Origin: Phaeosaccion multiseriatum
Lineage: Eukaryota > Protista > Ochrophyta, other classes
DNA length: 64,000 bases
NCBI GenBank assembly: GCA_965112735.1
Contig: OZ218960.1
Location: forward strand, 1,488,001-1,552,000
Reading direction: 5' to 3'
Below, in pieces: positions 24,728 through 37,153 of the stretch. The translations under genes and the position numbers were made by a program. The number at the start of each line of letters is the position of its first letter. Positions within the stretch are counted from its first letter, which is position 1. Under the pieces are notes generated by a model. It ran no database searches and was not told the DNA's origin. It saw nothing but the letters and a program-made list of their open reading frames with translations.

Positions 24728-27700
24728 TAAGAGATGTGGAGAGACAGGTGAAACAAAAAAGACGGAAGGGAGAAGAGACGGACAAAAACAGCTCCCCTGC
24801 ACCGGAGGAAACGGAAGAAAAGGAAGGAGGCAAGGTATCCTAGGGCGAGTAGGTGCACGAATATATGCATACATATAAACCGACAGGCCTACTCTCTCTC
24901 CCTCCCCCTCCTCTCTCGTTCTCTCCTCTCTCCCCCCTCTCTACTCTTTTCTCCCTTTGTCTCTCTCATCCTCCCCTCTCCCTCCCTCCATCCCTCCCCC
25001 CCCCCCTCTCTCTCCCTCCGTCTCTCGTCTCTACCTTGATTTCCTGATACAACTGCTGCGCTCTGTCCTGAATCTCCAAGTCCGGTAAAGGCCGAGTGCT
25101 GCTTGCCTCCTTGGTGGAGAGACAGCGGGCCTGCGCAGACGCCATAGTCTGAAGTGCGTGTGTGTAGTGGCGAGGCGCCAGCATGAGCCCGTCTGTCTGC
25201 ATGGTACGAAGTACCTCCCATGCACGTTGGTGATCGCCCGACTTTTGGAACCCCACTAAGGCACTTAGCCACACATCTTGGGGGGGGGGATGGGGGGAGG
25301 GAGGGAGGGAGGGAGGGAGGGAGAGAGGGGGGTCAATATCTTCTCTGCCCTTCTCCCTTTGAAGGAAGTCAAGTCAGCAGCACCTCATGGAAGGAACGAG
25401 CGTCAGAGCGTCAGTGGTTGTTGGCAGGGCCTCAGAAGCAGCTGACCATTCCTCTCTCTGCCTCTCCCCTGTGCCTCTCTCTCAGCCCTCTACACTCTCC
25501 CCTCTCTCCTCCCTCCCGCCCCCCCCTCCCCCCCCCTCTTTCGTCTCCCCTCTCCCCTCTTCCCTCTACCTCTCCCCTCCCCCCCCCCTCTCCCGTCTCC
25601 CCTTCTCCCCTTCTCCCCTCTTCTCCCTCTCCCCTCTTCCCTCTACCTCTCCCCTCCCCCCCCCCCCCTCTCCCGTCTCCCCTTCTCCCCTTCTCCCTTC
25701 TCCCCTCTTCTCCCTCACCTTCGTCCAACTCTCTCCCTTCTCCCCTCTTCTCCCTCACCTTCGTCCAACTCTCTCCCTTCTCCCCTCTTGTCCCTCACCT
25801 TCGTCCAACTCGATACCCTTGCTCTTCATCCACTCCCGTACCGCGTCCCCCATCCCGTGGGCATCGCTCTGACTGAGCGAGCGGAGAACGCACTTGAAGA
25901 AGTAGGGGGTAAATTTGAGCGGAGGAGCGGAAGGATCGCGGCCGCCTGACTTGTCTTCTTCCATGAGTGTTGTCAGCAGAGTGACAGCCTGTGTGGGGGG
26001 AGGTAGGGTAGGGTAGAGTAGGGTAGGGTAGGGCAGGGTAGGGTAGGGCAGGGTAGGGTTGGGTAGGGTAGGGTAGGGTAGGGTAGGGAAGGGTAGGGTA
26101 GGGTAGGGTAGGGTAGGGTAGGGTAGGGTAGGGTAGGGTTGGCAGGGTAGGGTAGGGTTGGTAGGGCAGGGTAGGGTAGGGTAGAGTAGTGTAGGGTAGG
26201 GTAGGGTAGAGTAGGGTAGGGCAGAGTAGGGTAGGGTAGGGCAGGGTAGGGTAGGGTACGGTAGGGTAGGGCAGGGCAAGGTAGGGTAGGGTAGGGTAGG
26301 GTAGGGTAGGGTAGGGTAGGGTAGGGTAGGGTAGGGTAGGGTAGGGTAGGGCAGGGTAAGGTAGGGCAGGGCAAGGTAGGGTAGGGTAGGGTAGGGTAGG
26401 ATAGGGCAGGGTAGGGTAGGGTAGGGTAGGGCAGGGTAGGGTAGGGTAGGGTAGAGTAGGGTAGGGTGGGGTAGGGTAGGGTAGGGTAGGGCAGGGTAGG
26501 GTGGGGTAGGGTAGAGTAGGGTAGGGTGGGGTAGGGTAGGGTAGGGTAGGGTAGGGTAGGGTAGGGTAGGGTAGGGCAGGGTAAGGTAGGGCAGGGCAAG
26601 GTAGGGTAGGGTAGGGTAGGGTAGGATAGGGCAGGGTAGCGCAGGGTAGGGCAGGGTAGCGCAGGGTAGGGCAGGATACGGTACGGTAGGGTAGGGTAGG
26701 GTAGGGTGGGGTGGGGTAGGGTAGGGTGGGTAGGGTAGGGTAGGGTAGGGTAGGGTAGGGTAGGGCAGGGTAGGGCAGAGTAAGGTAGGGTAGGGTAGGG
26801 TAGGGTAGGGTAGGGCAGGGCAGGGTAGGGTAGGGTAGGGCAGGGTAGGGTAGGGCAGGGTAGGGTAGGGTAGGGTAGAGTAGGGTAGGGTGGGGTAGGG
26901 TAGGGTAGGGTAGGGCAGGGTAGGGTGGGGTAGGGTAGAGTAGGGTAGGGTGGGGTGGGGTAGGGTAGGGTAGGGTAGGGTAGGGTAGGGTAGGGTAGGG
27001 CAGGGTAAGGTAGGGCAGGGCAAGGTAGGGTAGGGTAGGGTAGGGTAGGGTAGCGCAGGGTAGCGCAGGGTAGGGCAGGATACGGTACGGTAGGGTAGGG
27101 TAGGGTAGGGTGGGGTGGGGTAGGGTAGGGTAGGGTAGGGTAGGGTAGGGTAGGGTAGGGCAGGGTAGGGCAGGGTAGGGCAGAGTAAGGTAGGGTAGGG
27201 TAGGGTAGGGTAGGGTAGGGCAGGGCAGGGTAGGGTAGGGTAGGGCAGGGTAGGGTAGGATACGGTAGGGTAGGGTAGGGTAGGGTGGGGTGGGGTAGGG
27301 TAGGGTAGGGTAGGGTAGGGTAGGGTAGGGTGGGGTAGGGTAGGGTAGGGTAGGGTAGGGTAGGGTAGGGCAGGGTAAGGTAGGGTAGGGTAGAGTAGGG
27401 TAGGGCAGGGTAGGGAGGGGTGGGTTAGGGTAGGGTAGGGCAGGGTAGGGTAGGGTGGGGTAGGGTAGAGTAGGGTGGGGTAGGGTAGGGTAGGGTAGGG
27501 TAGAGTAGGGTGGGGTAGGGTAGGGTGGGGTAGGGTAAGGCAGATGGCCCTCTCTCTCTCAATATATTAATCAATCACCTTGTGCGTGTCTCTCACATCC
27601 GACACACGACACTCACTCACTACCTTTGCACCTACTCACCCAATCACTCACACACTGACAAACCACCCACCCACCCACCCAATCACTCACTCACTCACTC

Positions 27701-29391
27701 ACTCACTCACTCACTCACTCACTCACTCACTCACCCACTCACACACTGACCAACCACCCATCCACCCACTCACTCACTCACTCACTCACTCACTCAGTCA
27801 GTCAGTCAGCCAGCCACTCACTCCCTCACCTCCTGCGGGGCGCCTTCGGCGGTGTACATGCGGATGACCTCCACATATACATCCGTGTTGGGGTGGAAGC
27901 CGCACTCTTGCATCTCAGCGAGCAGGTTCGTCATCCCGTCTAAGTTCTGCATCATTCGGCTCGCCTGTAGAGCACAGTACAGCACAGTAGAGCAGTTGGT
28001 GATACAGCAGCACAGTAGAGCAGTTGGTGATACAGGACAGTAGTTGGTGATACAGCAGCACAGTAGAGCAGTTGGTGATAGAGTATCAATAGCATCAGTT
28101 GGTTGGTGATACAGCAGCAGTATAGCTGTTGGTGACGTCACCTTGATGCAGAGGGAGAAGCTCCGTTCGTTGGGCTCGATATTATTCTCAGTCATATCGG
28201 ACATTAGACTCAGCGCGTTCTCGGGCTTGGGGGAAAGAGGGGAAAGGGGGGGGGGTGAGAGGGAGGAGTGAGGAGGGGGGGGGGGACAAGAAGCAAGGAA
28301 GGCGGAAGGACGCAGGGACGGAAGGAAACAACGAAGGAAGGAGGGAAGGTAGGAAGGAGGGAAGGAAGGAAGGAAGGAAGGAAGGAAGGAAGGAAGGAGG
28401 GAAGGGAGGCAGGGAGTGGTTGTCCGGCGCGGCCGTCACCCTCTCTCTGGGCTTGGGCCCTCCTCCCACCCTCCCTCCCTCCCTCCCTCCCTCCCTTCCC
28501 TTCCTCAGCCAAATTGCTGCCTCCCTCCTTCCCTCCCTCTGGGCGCGCTTCCCCCCCATGAGCTCACGCCGCTCCCTCCAAAATCGACCGAAAGACCGCC
28601 ACTCCTCACTCGCTCACTGATTAACTTTGCTATGGCGCAATGTCATTGGTCATGAAGTTCGTACACTGAGACTGAAATTGAAAGTGAAACTGACCTGGTT
28701 CTCATTGATGTAGGTGCCGATGAGCGAGTTGTAGGTGTAGCAGTCAGGTATGCATCCCTCCGTCCTCATCTCCTCAAACACTTCGATGGCCTTAGCCTAA
28801 GAAATAGTAGGAAGGACAGGGGAGTGAGGAGAGAGGGAGGGAGGGAGGGAGGGAGGGAGGGAGGGAGTGAGGAGAGAGGGAGGGAGGGAGGGAGGGAGGG
28901 AGGGAGGGAGGGAGGGAGGGAGGGAGGGAGGGAGGAAGGGAGGGAGAGAGGAAGGGAGGGAGGAAGGCAAGGCAGTAGCAGGGCACACAACAAACACCCT
29001 TTCCTTTGAGACATATTAAAATCTCGGGCACTGTATAATTGATGGACGCGGTCTTTTGCCTGCCTTTTCAGTCACTCTCTTCCTTCCACTTACCCACTGC
29101 TTTGCCTTGTTACATGCTCTCAGAGTGAAGCCGAAGGACCTCGCATCCGGCTTGACTCCCTGCGCCTTCATTGCCTGTGTGATGGAATGGAGAGTAGGAC
29201 AGAGAGCAGGGGGGAAAGGAGGGAGGGAGGGAGGGAGGGAGGGAGGGAGGGGGAAAGGAGGGAGGGAGGCAGGGAGGGAGGGAGGGAGGGAGAGGGAGGG
29301 AGGGAGGGAGGGAGGGAGGGAGAGTGAAAAACTTGCAGGAGGGCAGGACGTCAAAAGAGAGACTAATGCATGCACGCCCCCACATCCCACG

Positions 29392-29428
<37 letters not shown>

Positions 29429-31781
29429 CCCACCTGGAATGACTCGTACGCTTGCATAGGGTTGGGGGCAGACCTGCCGAATTCAGAGATGAGCGTGTTG
29501 TAGTTGTAGGTCTTGGGGTCGATGCCCAAAGCCTAGGTAGGGGGAGGGAGGAGCGAAGAGTGGGAGGGGGGGGGGGGGGGGGCTACATCAACATTTAAAC
29601 CTTTCATTTGGATTGGCAGGGCAGCTTCTCGCTGTTGTCAGACTGTGGATGGTGTGTCGTGGAGGGGGGTAGGTAAGGAATGATACTGAGCCAATGGATA
29701 TGGAAGTCTTGTACCAAGTATTGTACCGCAACGATGTCGCCCTTCTCGTAGAGAGGTGGACCACAGAGTTGCAAGGTCAAGGAGGAGTATCAATCACACA
29801 CCAAGGAGGAGCGTCAACACCACACACGATATCTACGGCAACTGGTGATACGATGCCATGCAACGCAGCAGCACGGGACAGAAGCAAAGCAGCACAGAAC
29901 AGAAGCAAAGCAGATGCAAAGCGAGATGCAAAGCAGCACTGGACAGAAGCAACAAAACTCAGTTACATACACAGCCCTTCCTTTCGTGCTGGCTGGTAGG
30001 TGCAATACAATATGTCATCTGTGACAGGTATCATTACCAACGTGTGTACGTACCAGCATCTCTTGGAAGAGGCTGGAAACTTCCACGTGGTTGTTCTGCT
30101 GCTGCTTTGCATACGCCTGGGCAGTGAGGGAGTGAGTGATGAGTGGGTGAGTGAAAGGGTGAGTCAGTGAGTGAATGGGTGAGTCAGTGAGTCAGCGAGA
30201 GGAAGTGAGCCAGCTAGGTAGGTAAGTAGGTAGTAAGAAGTGGATGTAGGTAGGTAGGTAGGTAGCAAGGCAGCCATTCAGCCTGTCCGTCAAGTCGGTC
30301 AGTCGGTGAGTCCCTGAGTCCATCAGCGAGTCTGGGATGCAATGAGACAGCAAAGGCAAAGACAAGCCACGAGAAGGGGAGCCAAGGCACGCGCCACGCT
30401 ACACACCAGCAGCTGACTGACCAGCTGTGCTACGGGCCTGCCTGGCCAGTCTTCCTCCCTCTCTCTCTGTCCCTCTCTCTCTCTCCCTCCCTCTCTCTCT
30501 GTCCCTCTCTCTCTCTCCCTCTCTCTCTCTCCCCTCCTCCCGTCTCGTCCTGCACCTTTATAGTTCAGTTCAGTTCAGCAACGGATTGAAACTGAGGGTC
30601 GATTCATCCCTACGATCCAAATACATACCAAATCCGACCTATAAAGTCAACCCAATTTGACCTTCTCCCGAGGCTCTTCCAAGGAGCCCAACGCCGCATG
30701 TCTGAATACTAAGGAGGAGGAGCGTCACCTCACAACTGACGTACACTGACGTACACTGACGTACCTGCATGACCATGTTGAACTCCCTAGCGCTGGCGGC
30801 CTTTATTCCGACCAACTCTGTAAGCAAGTCTCGAGCCGCGCGTGGAGGGCCGGTTTGGCAGGCGATGGACAGCAGCCGCATCTGACAAGAGACGGGGGTC
30901 GGGTGGCAGCAGATGGCAGCAGAGGGTCGTGACAAGAGGAAGGAAAGAAGGTATGTTAGTGTGGTTAGATGGAGGCGGGTTTATGCGCGGTGTGTTTGTT
31001 TCAGTGGGACGAGACCTAGCTCAAGTGCTACTGCTATGTACATGGCAGGGAGTCTTGGGGATAGAACAGGCAGACGTACTCCTTCAGCGCTTGCTTGCTT
31101 GCTTGCATGCCTACCCTCCTCCTGTCCCTCTCTCGCTGCCTCCCTCTCACCAGCACATCACTCGAAAGAGCCTGCTCCTTGTTGGCCTTGATATCCTCCA
31201 CCATTGGCGCGGCCATTGACCATGTTATATTCGCGCCATTGAGAACGGAGAATTCACCGGTGAGCTGCTTGCCTCCCCTCCCTCCTCTCCCTCCTCGGCC
31301 TGGCCCTCCCCTGCCTCCTGGTCCTCCTCTTCCTCCTCCCCTCCCTCTCCCTCTCCCTCGCCCGCTCGAACTCCCTCTCCCTCGCCCGCTCGCAGCCCCC
31401 CTCCCTCCCCCTGCTGCTGCCTCTACCGTCGTTCCCACCGCTGCCCCCCTCCCTGACGGAGGGCTCCTCTCCCCACCACCCCCTTCTGCGCTTGCAAGCC
31501 ACACGGAGGCCCCTCCTCTACGGCGCAGGGGTGCATCAAAAGCCCCCCCCCACACGGCTGCAGTTCCTCTTCTTCTTCGCTCCAGAGCCGTTGACGATGG
31601 CAACAGGGACGACGCTGAAGTCAACAGGAATGCTGAGGTCAACCCTGGTGGTGCCAATGCCCCTGCTGAGGCTCTCGGAGGAGTGGGTGCGTGTGTGACG
31701 GCCCACTGAAGTGGCCCCACGAAACCAGGCGTCCCACCAACTTGCCTCCCACTATGGGCATTCTCCAAAGGGGGAAACATC
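17237..31781 (-). CDS. Pentatricopeptide-repeat protein with C-terminal Smr-like domain (about 22 exons; start codon uncertain)
   Basis: Many PPR exons, e.g. GIDPKTYNYNTLI, MKAQGVKPDARSF, AIEVFEEMRTEGCIPDCYTYNSLI, MKSRGVQPNHITYSTIL, MKAAGFKPDTFTFSSVM. Spliced end reads PDLRTLNLATGRAALRFLL..EVSTG..GIPFVVDDEGGGRITINGGKD*. Confidence 0.85.
21600..21960. repeat. Intronic minisatellites (3 x GCATATAGATATAAGGTGGCTG-containing unit; about 5 x 30-bp CA-rich unit)
   Basis: Read directly. Confidence 0.85.
23177..23435. repeat. (GGCATAC[A/G])n octamer array in a PPR intron
   Basis: Read directly. Confidence 0.95.
26002..27540 (+). repeat. (GGGTA)n pentamer array, ~1.5 kb, telomere-like and G4-prone
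   Basis: Read directly; variants GGGCA, GAGTA and GGGTG recur in blocks. Confidence 0.97.
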
Positions 31782-32068
31782 CTCGAAGGGAGGGAAAAGG
31801 GAGCTCCGCCAGGATGCGTCGAGTCCTGCTCTGATTTGCCAAGAGCAGACGACGAAATTGAGCTATCGCCTGCTTTGAACACGCAACGTAGAGGTAGCAA
31901 CACTCCTAAGCGAGCGAGTGCTCTACAGCGCACGAGTGTGCTCTGTATTGGCGCTCTTTATGCGTTGTATGCGATGCCGGATCAACACGGATGCAGGATG
32001 CGATGGCACTGGATGGCGCAGAATCCTGCCGTGTGCAGCAAGGTTGTTGTTGAAGGAAAAAACACGCA

Positions 32069-34112
32069 ATGGCGAAAGGCGGCAAGCGCAAGTTTGATGG
32101 AGGTGAGGGCGGCGGCGGGGGAGGAGGAGGAGCAGGGGAAAGAGGAGGCCGAGGAGGGAGGGGAGGAAGAGGGGGCAGGGGAGGGAGAGGAGGAAGAGGA
32201 GGTGGCGCGAGCAAGCGAGGGAGAGGAGCAGCAGCAAATGATGGGGGGGGCAAAAAGGTGCATTTTTCAGAGCACGTGGATACCCAAGAGGCGCCGAGAA
32301 AGAATGGGGGCGACGGCGAAGAATACGATGAGGATGATGGAGACGACATCGACGGGGATGGAGACGCTATGCTCGGATCTACAGGCGGGGGTCGAAGGCG
32401 ACGGGATCGTATCGCAGCCGGGATGGAGGAGGAGGAGGACAGCGAAGCAGAGGATGAGGAGGGTAAGGAGGAGGGAGACGGGTACGATGATGATGATGAT
32501 GATGATGAAGCCGACACACCCGTTCGGCCCTCGCGAGAGCAGAATGTGGACGGGGAAGAGGAGGCAAGAGACACGCAGCTCGACGACACGGGCGAAGTGA
32601 TGGAGCCCTTCCACCTCAAGGAGGAGCGGCAAGAGGGCTTCTTTGATCAGAACGGGAACTACGTGTGGGCGAAGGAGGACGCCGAGCCTGACGCCTGGCT
32701 GGCGGGGATGGAAGAGGACGGGCTGGAGGCGTCTATGAGTGCGGCTGCGCGGGCCAGGCAGGAGCAGGAGAGCGCTTCCATCGCCGCGCAGCACAAGCGG
32801 TCGCTGCACAAGCAACCTGTGCTGGAGCAGTACAAGGAATTGCTCGCCATCCTCCAACCCAAGGAGACATGCCTAGGGGCGCTCAAGAGGCTGAGGGCGA
32901 CCGGGGGGAAGGCAGGCAGCGGTAGAGGAGGGGGGAGGGCGGCGGCGGCGGGGCAGCAGCAGCAGAAGAAGAAGAAGGACAAGGAGGGAGGGAAGGGGGG
33001 TGAGGCGGCAGGGGCGACAGGGGCGACAGCAGCCGGAGGAGGGGCATGGTGAGCAGCAGGGGGTGAGCGCGGGACCAATTCACTCGCGCACCCTCACACG
33101 AGTTTGGCCCCATGTATTAAGGGTGTCTCTCAGCTTGCTTGCTTGCTTGCTTGCTTGCTTGTTTTCCTTCCTTCGTCGCATGAACGTATGTCGTGGGGTC
33201 CTTCGGTCCTCCCTCCTCTCCTCTCCTCGGCACCATAGTCAGTATGCCCCCCTTCCTCTTTTCTTGCCTTTGCTTTACCCAACCCCCCTCCCTTCTCTCT
33301 CTTTCCGTCTTTTTGACTCACTCACTCACTCACCCACTCCCTCATTCACTCCCTCACTCCCTCACCCACCCACTCACCCACTCACTCCTCACTCTCCCAC
33401 TCCCTCACTCACTCCCTCCCTCACTCACCTAACTTGACATGACTCCCTCAGGTCGAGTGAGGACAAAGCCAGCTTCGAGCGAGTCACAGACCTCGCGGAC
33501 AATCTCCTGCAGGAGGAGGGCCATGTCGACATTTACCAAATGAAGCGCGAGGAGATTGAGGAGAAGACGCGAGCCATGGAGAGCAGGCGCCAGAGGTACC
33601 TGGATAGCATCGGGGAAGGGGGAGGAGGAAGTAGTTCCGCAGGCGGCGGAGGAAGCTACTTCGGTGGAAGAGGTGGGCAGTCTGATGGTGCTACTGCTGC
33701 TGCTGCAGTTTCTGCCGCTCCCGAGGGGGTGTGTTTTGAGTACAAGGGCAAGGACGGAAACCTACACGGGCCCTTCGCTCTCGCGCAAGTGCGGGAGTGG
33801 GTGGAGGGGGGCTTCTTTAGCGGAGAAAATGTGGTGCAGATGCGGTGTATAAACCCACCCATAACAACAAATGGCAACAAGGGCACTGGGGAAGAAGGTG
33901 GGGCAGCAGCTACATCAGCAGCAGTTGGTGATACAGCAGGCTCCTCCAAGGGCTCAACAGGGGCGGAGGACTTGATTGCGGATTTGGATGCAGATGACGA
34001 CGACGAGGAGGAGGAGAAAGAGAAGGAGGCTGTATCTTCCCCAGCAACAGGAGCAGTGGGGGCAGCGGCGTGGGTAGATTCGGATAAGATTTCTTTCGAG
34101 GAGTACGCCTGA
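32069..34112 (+). CDS. CD2BP2: CD2BP2/U5-52K/Lin1-like spliceosomal GYF-domain protein
   Basis: Exons 32069-33048 and 33452-34112; MEPFHLKEERQEGFFDQNGNYV..DAWL, LQPKETCLGALKRL, VTDLADNLLQEEGHVDIYQMKRE, GYF domain HGPFALAQVREWVEGGFF. Confidence 0.9.
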
Positions 34113-34533
34113 GAGGGTCGAGCGTGGAGAGAGATGTGCGTGCGTGCGTGCGTGTGTGCGTGCGTGCATGCCTACTGAGGGAGGTGTGGAGGGCGCGAGG
34201 AGCTGAAAGAAGGGCATTGAAGAAAGCCCGAAAGCCAGTCGAGGTTTCTGCTTCTTTCAACTACTCTCTCTCTCTCTCTCGTGATCGGCATCACAGTCCT
34301 TCTTCTCTGAAGGCCCCTTTCTGTTTACTTTTTTAATTAAAAAATTAATTTTAATTAAAGGAGAGTATGAAACTGAAGGGAAGGGGAGTCTCGAAGAAGA
34401 GGAGGGAAAAGGGAAGATTGAGCGAGCGGGGGCGGGCAGGGGAGCAGTTACACTGCCTGCGTCGGCATCATCATCATCATCATCATCATCATCAAGATCG
34501 GGTTCGTGGCACTCCGAGAGCGTCAACAAAGCC

Positions 34534-34793
34534 TCAGGGTGCCCCCCCCTCCCCCACCTCCGCCGCCGGAGCCGAAGGCGGTGAGCGCAGGCCCTTTCCG
34601 GTCCACGTCCTTCCCATCTCCTCCGCCTGTGCCACGAAGCTCGAGACATGCGCCATGTGGTGCTCCACTTCGCTGGCGACGCTCGCAGGCAGCACCGTGT
34701 TCCTTGCACTGGCGGTGCCAGTGTCAGTTCCGGTGCTGAGCAGGAAGCTCGGGGGAGAGCCGGGGGGACTCCTCCTCTTAGCTCCTCCTCCTC

Positions 34794-34827
<34 letters not shown>

Positions 34828-36774
34828 TCCTCCTCCTCCTCCTCCTCCTCCTCCTCCTCCTCCTCCTCCTCCTCCTCCTCCTCCTCCTCCTCCTCCTCCT
34901 CCTCCTCCTCCTCCTCCTCCTCCTCCTCCTCCTCCTCCTCCTCCTCCACCTCCTCCTCCTCCTCCTCCTCCTCCTCCTCCTCCTCCTCCTCCTCCTCCTC
35001 CTCCCCTCCTACTTCTACTGCTCCCGACCCCCACCCCTCGGCCGCCTGCCTCCTCACCGCCCCTAGACCGAGGCCCTTTAGCTCCTCCTCCTCCTCGTCC
35101 TGACGATGGGCTTCCTCCTCTGAAGTTGGTTCTCGTCTGTCGGCCCTCTCCACCCCTCCCCCCACCACCACCACAGCCACTGCTGTCGTTGGTGGAGGTA
35201 GTAAAGGCACTACTACCCCCCCATGAGGGCATCACTAAGTCCTCCTCGCCGCCCCGCCCTCTCCCTCTCTTGCCCGCCTTGGCTCGTGCATGATGGCCGG
35301 AAACCCGTGTACCGTCCGCTGCCATCCGAGTGCTGCCATTCTCCCTCTCGGCTCGGCGCTCTTCTCTCTGCGACGCCTCTTCTCGGAGCTTACTGAAACT
35401 TCGTATGTGCGCCTCCGCCCGCTGAGATTGGTTTTACGTAACGTTACGTACGTCGACATGTAAGGCCAACCCGTCCGGCACATGGACGGAGGACAGTACA
35501 GGAGGTACATGATGCAGCAGCAGCAGCACCAGCAGCAGCAGGGCATTGCATGGATCAAGGGCAGCAGGAGGGAGCTTGTGGTTAGTTTAGGGGGTTTCGG
35601 GGGCTCGGCCACCTCCTGCTTGACTTTGCCTCCCTCCCTCTCCTCCCTCCCTTCTCTCTGACAGTGCGTAACGTCCGTAACGTACCCGCAGATCTTGATG
35701 GCTCTCCCTCAGCTTGAGACTGTGCGTCTTAGCCAGGAACCCGTCGTCCACGGCGAGTGGCCTAGACAGCTCGTCCTCCACAACTGTCTGCACCCAGCGG
35801 TCGCGCTGACCCTGCGGTGATTTATGCCCACCCCAGCGAGGGGCAAGCAGCCGAGAGGCGAAAGGGGACAGCAAATGGGACATGCGGGGGAGGGGGGGGG
35901 GCATCAAGAGGTTAAGTTGAAACGGAGAATGAGAGGGGAGTGGAGCCATGGGCTTGTCACCTGTAGCAAGCACCAAGCGTAGGCAGTTCAGCTCTGAAGG
36001 AGAGAAAGTGCGGTAAAAGCCTGATCCAAGCCTAACTTGGGAAGTGACTCAGCCCCATCATAGAGCGGCGCAAACTAAGGCATACTCTCTACTTTCAGAT
36101 GTCTCATGGACTCTGAAGGGCGGGCGGTGCCTTGCCTCGGTCCTGCCACCGTACCTTTCTATCCAAGGAGAGCATGACGAGGAGGTCTCTGTCTTGCATC
36201 TGCTTGGAGAAGGTGAGCGCCTGTCTGATGCCGCCCTCGTTGCGGCTCTTCCGCCACTGCAGATAGGCCAAGCGCTGCTCAATCTCGCGGACAACAGGAT
36301 CCTCTACTACTGCGCCGCCTGCTCCTCCTCCTCCTTCTCCTCCTCCTCCTCCTCCTCCTCCTCCTCCTCCTCCTCCTCCTCCTCCTCCTCCTGGTCCTCC
36401 TCTTCCTACTCCGCTATCCACTCTGCCTGGCCGCTCTTGACGCTCCCTTCTCCGGCTGCCGTGACTGCTCTTGACGCTAAAGGTGCTTTCCGGCGGATCT
36501 GCTCTCGCCCTCCGTCCTGCCGAGGGGCGTGCTCTGTCCGCATAGTCGCCGTCGCAAAACATGTGATTGTGCACGTTGACGCCACTGGCTGCTCCACGAT
36601 TTCTTCTTCGGGCAAATTTCTTGGCGCCTCTGCAGCTCCCCCCAGAGCTTCCAACTCAGCCCAGCCAACAAGCAGTAGAGAGAGACACAGTGTTCTGTCC
36701 TTCGCTCACGGGCTTTGCTTTTTGCTTTAAACCTTGACGTTTCATACCCCCCCCACCCTCCCTTCGGCTGCCAT
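34534..36774 (-). CDS. Hypothetical protein with poly-Gly tracts (start uncertain)
   Basis: In-phase exons at about 36650-36155, 35811-35686 and 35421-34534 (VREIEQRLAYLQWRK..|GQRDRWVQTVVEDELSRPL..|RAEAHIRSFSKLREE); no recognisable domain. Confidence 0.6.
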
Positions 36775-37153
36775 CTGCTGTTCGCCCGTTACGGAATCGC
36801 CGATTTTTATCCGAGCACCAGCAGCAGCAGCAGAGCAGCAGCCAGCCAGCAGCAGCAGCAGCAGGAGGAGGAGGAGGAGGAGGTAGGGAGACGAGAGCAG
36901 AGCGGGCTGAAGCGGTCGAAGGAAAGAGAGAAAGCGAGAGAGAAAGAGAGTGTGACAGGGAGAGGGACGGAGAGAGAGACAAAGGAAGCCCCCTTCAACG
37001 AGAGGAAGGATTGCCCTTCCGGAAGGCCACTGAGGTGAAGGGGGGGGGAGCTCCCACAGCCTCAGATGGGACACCGTATGGGGGAAGGGAACGATTGAGG
37101 CCTGAGAGAGCCCGCTGCGTTTGCTGCGACTGGGGCAGAAGAAATAGAAGAAC

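Noticed and set aside
25755-27023. 422-aa (PTLPY)n extensin-like ORF
   Set aside because: Translation of the intronic (TACCC)n array; only 25988-25799 is a PPR exon
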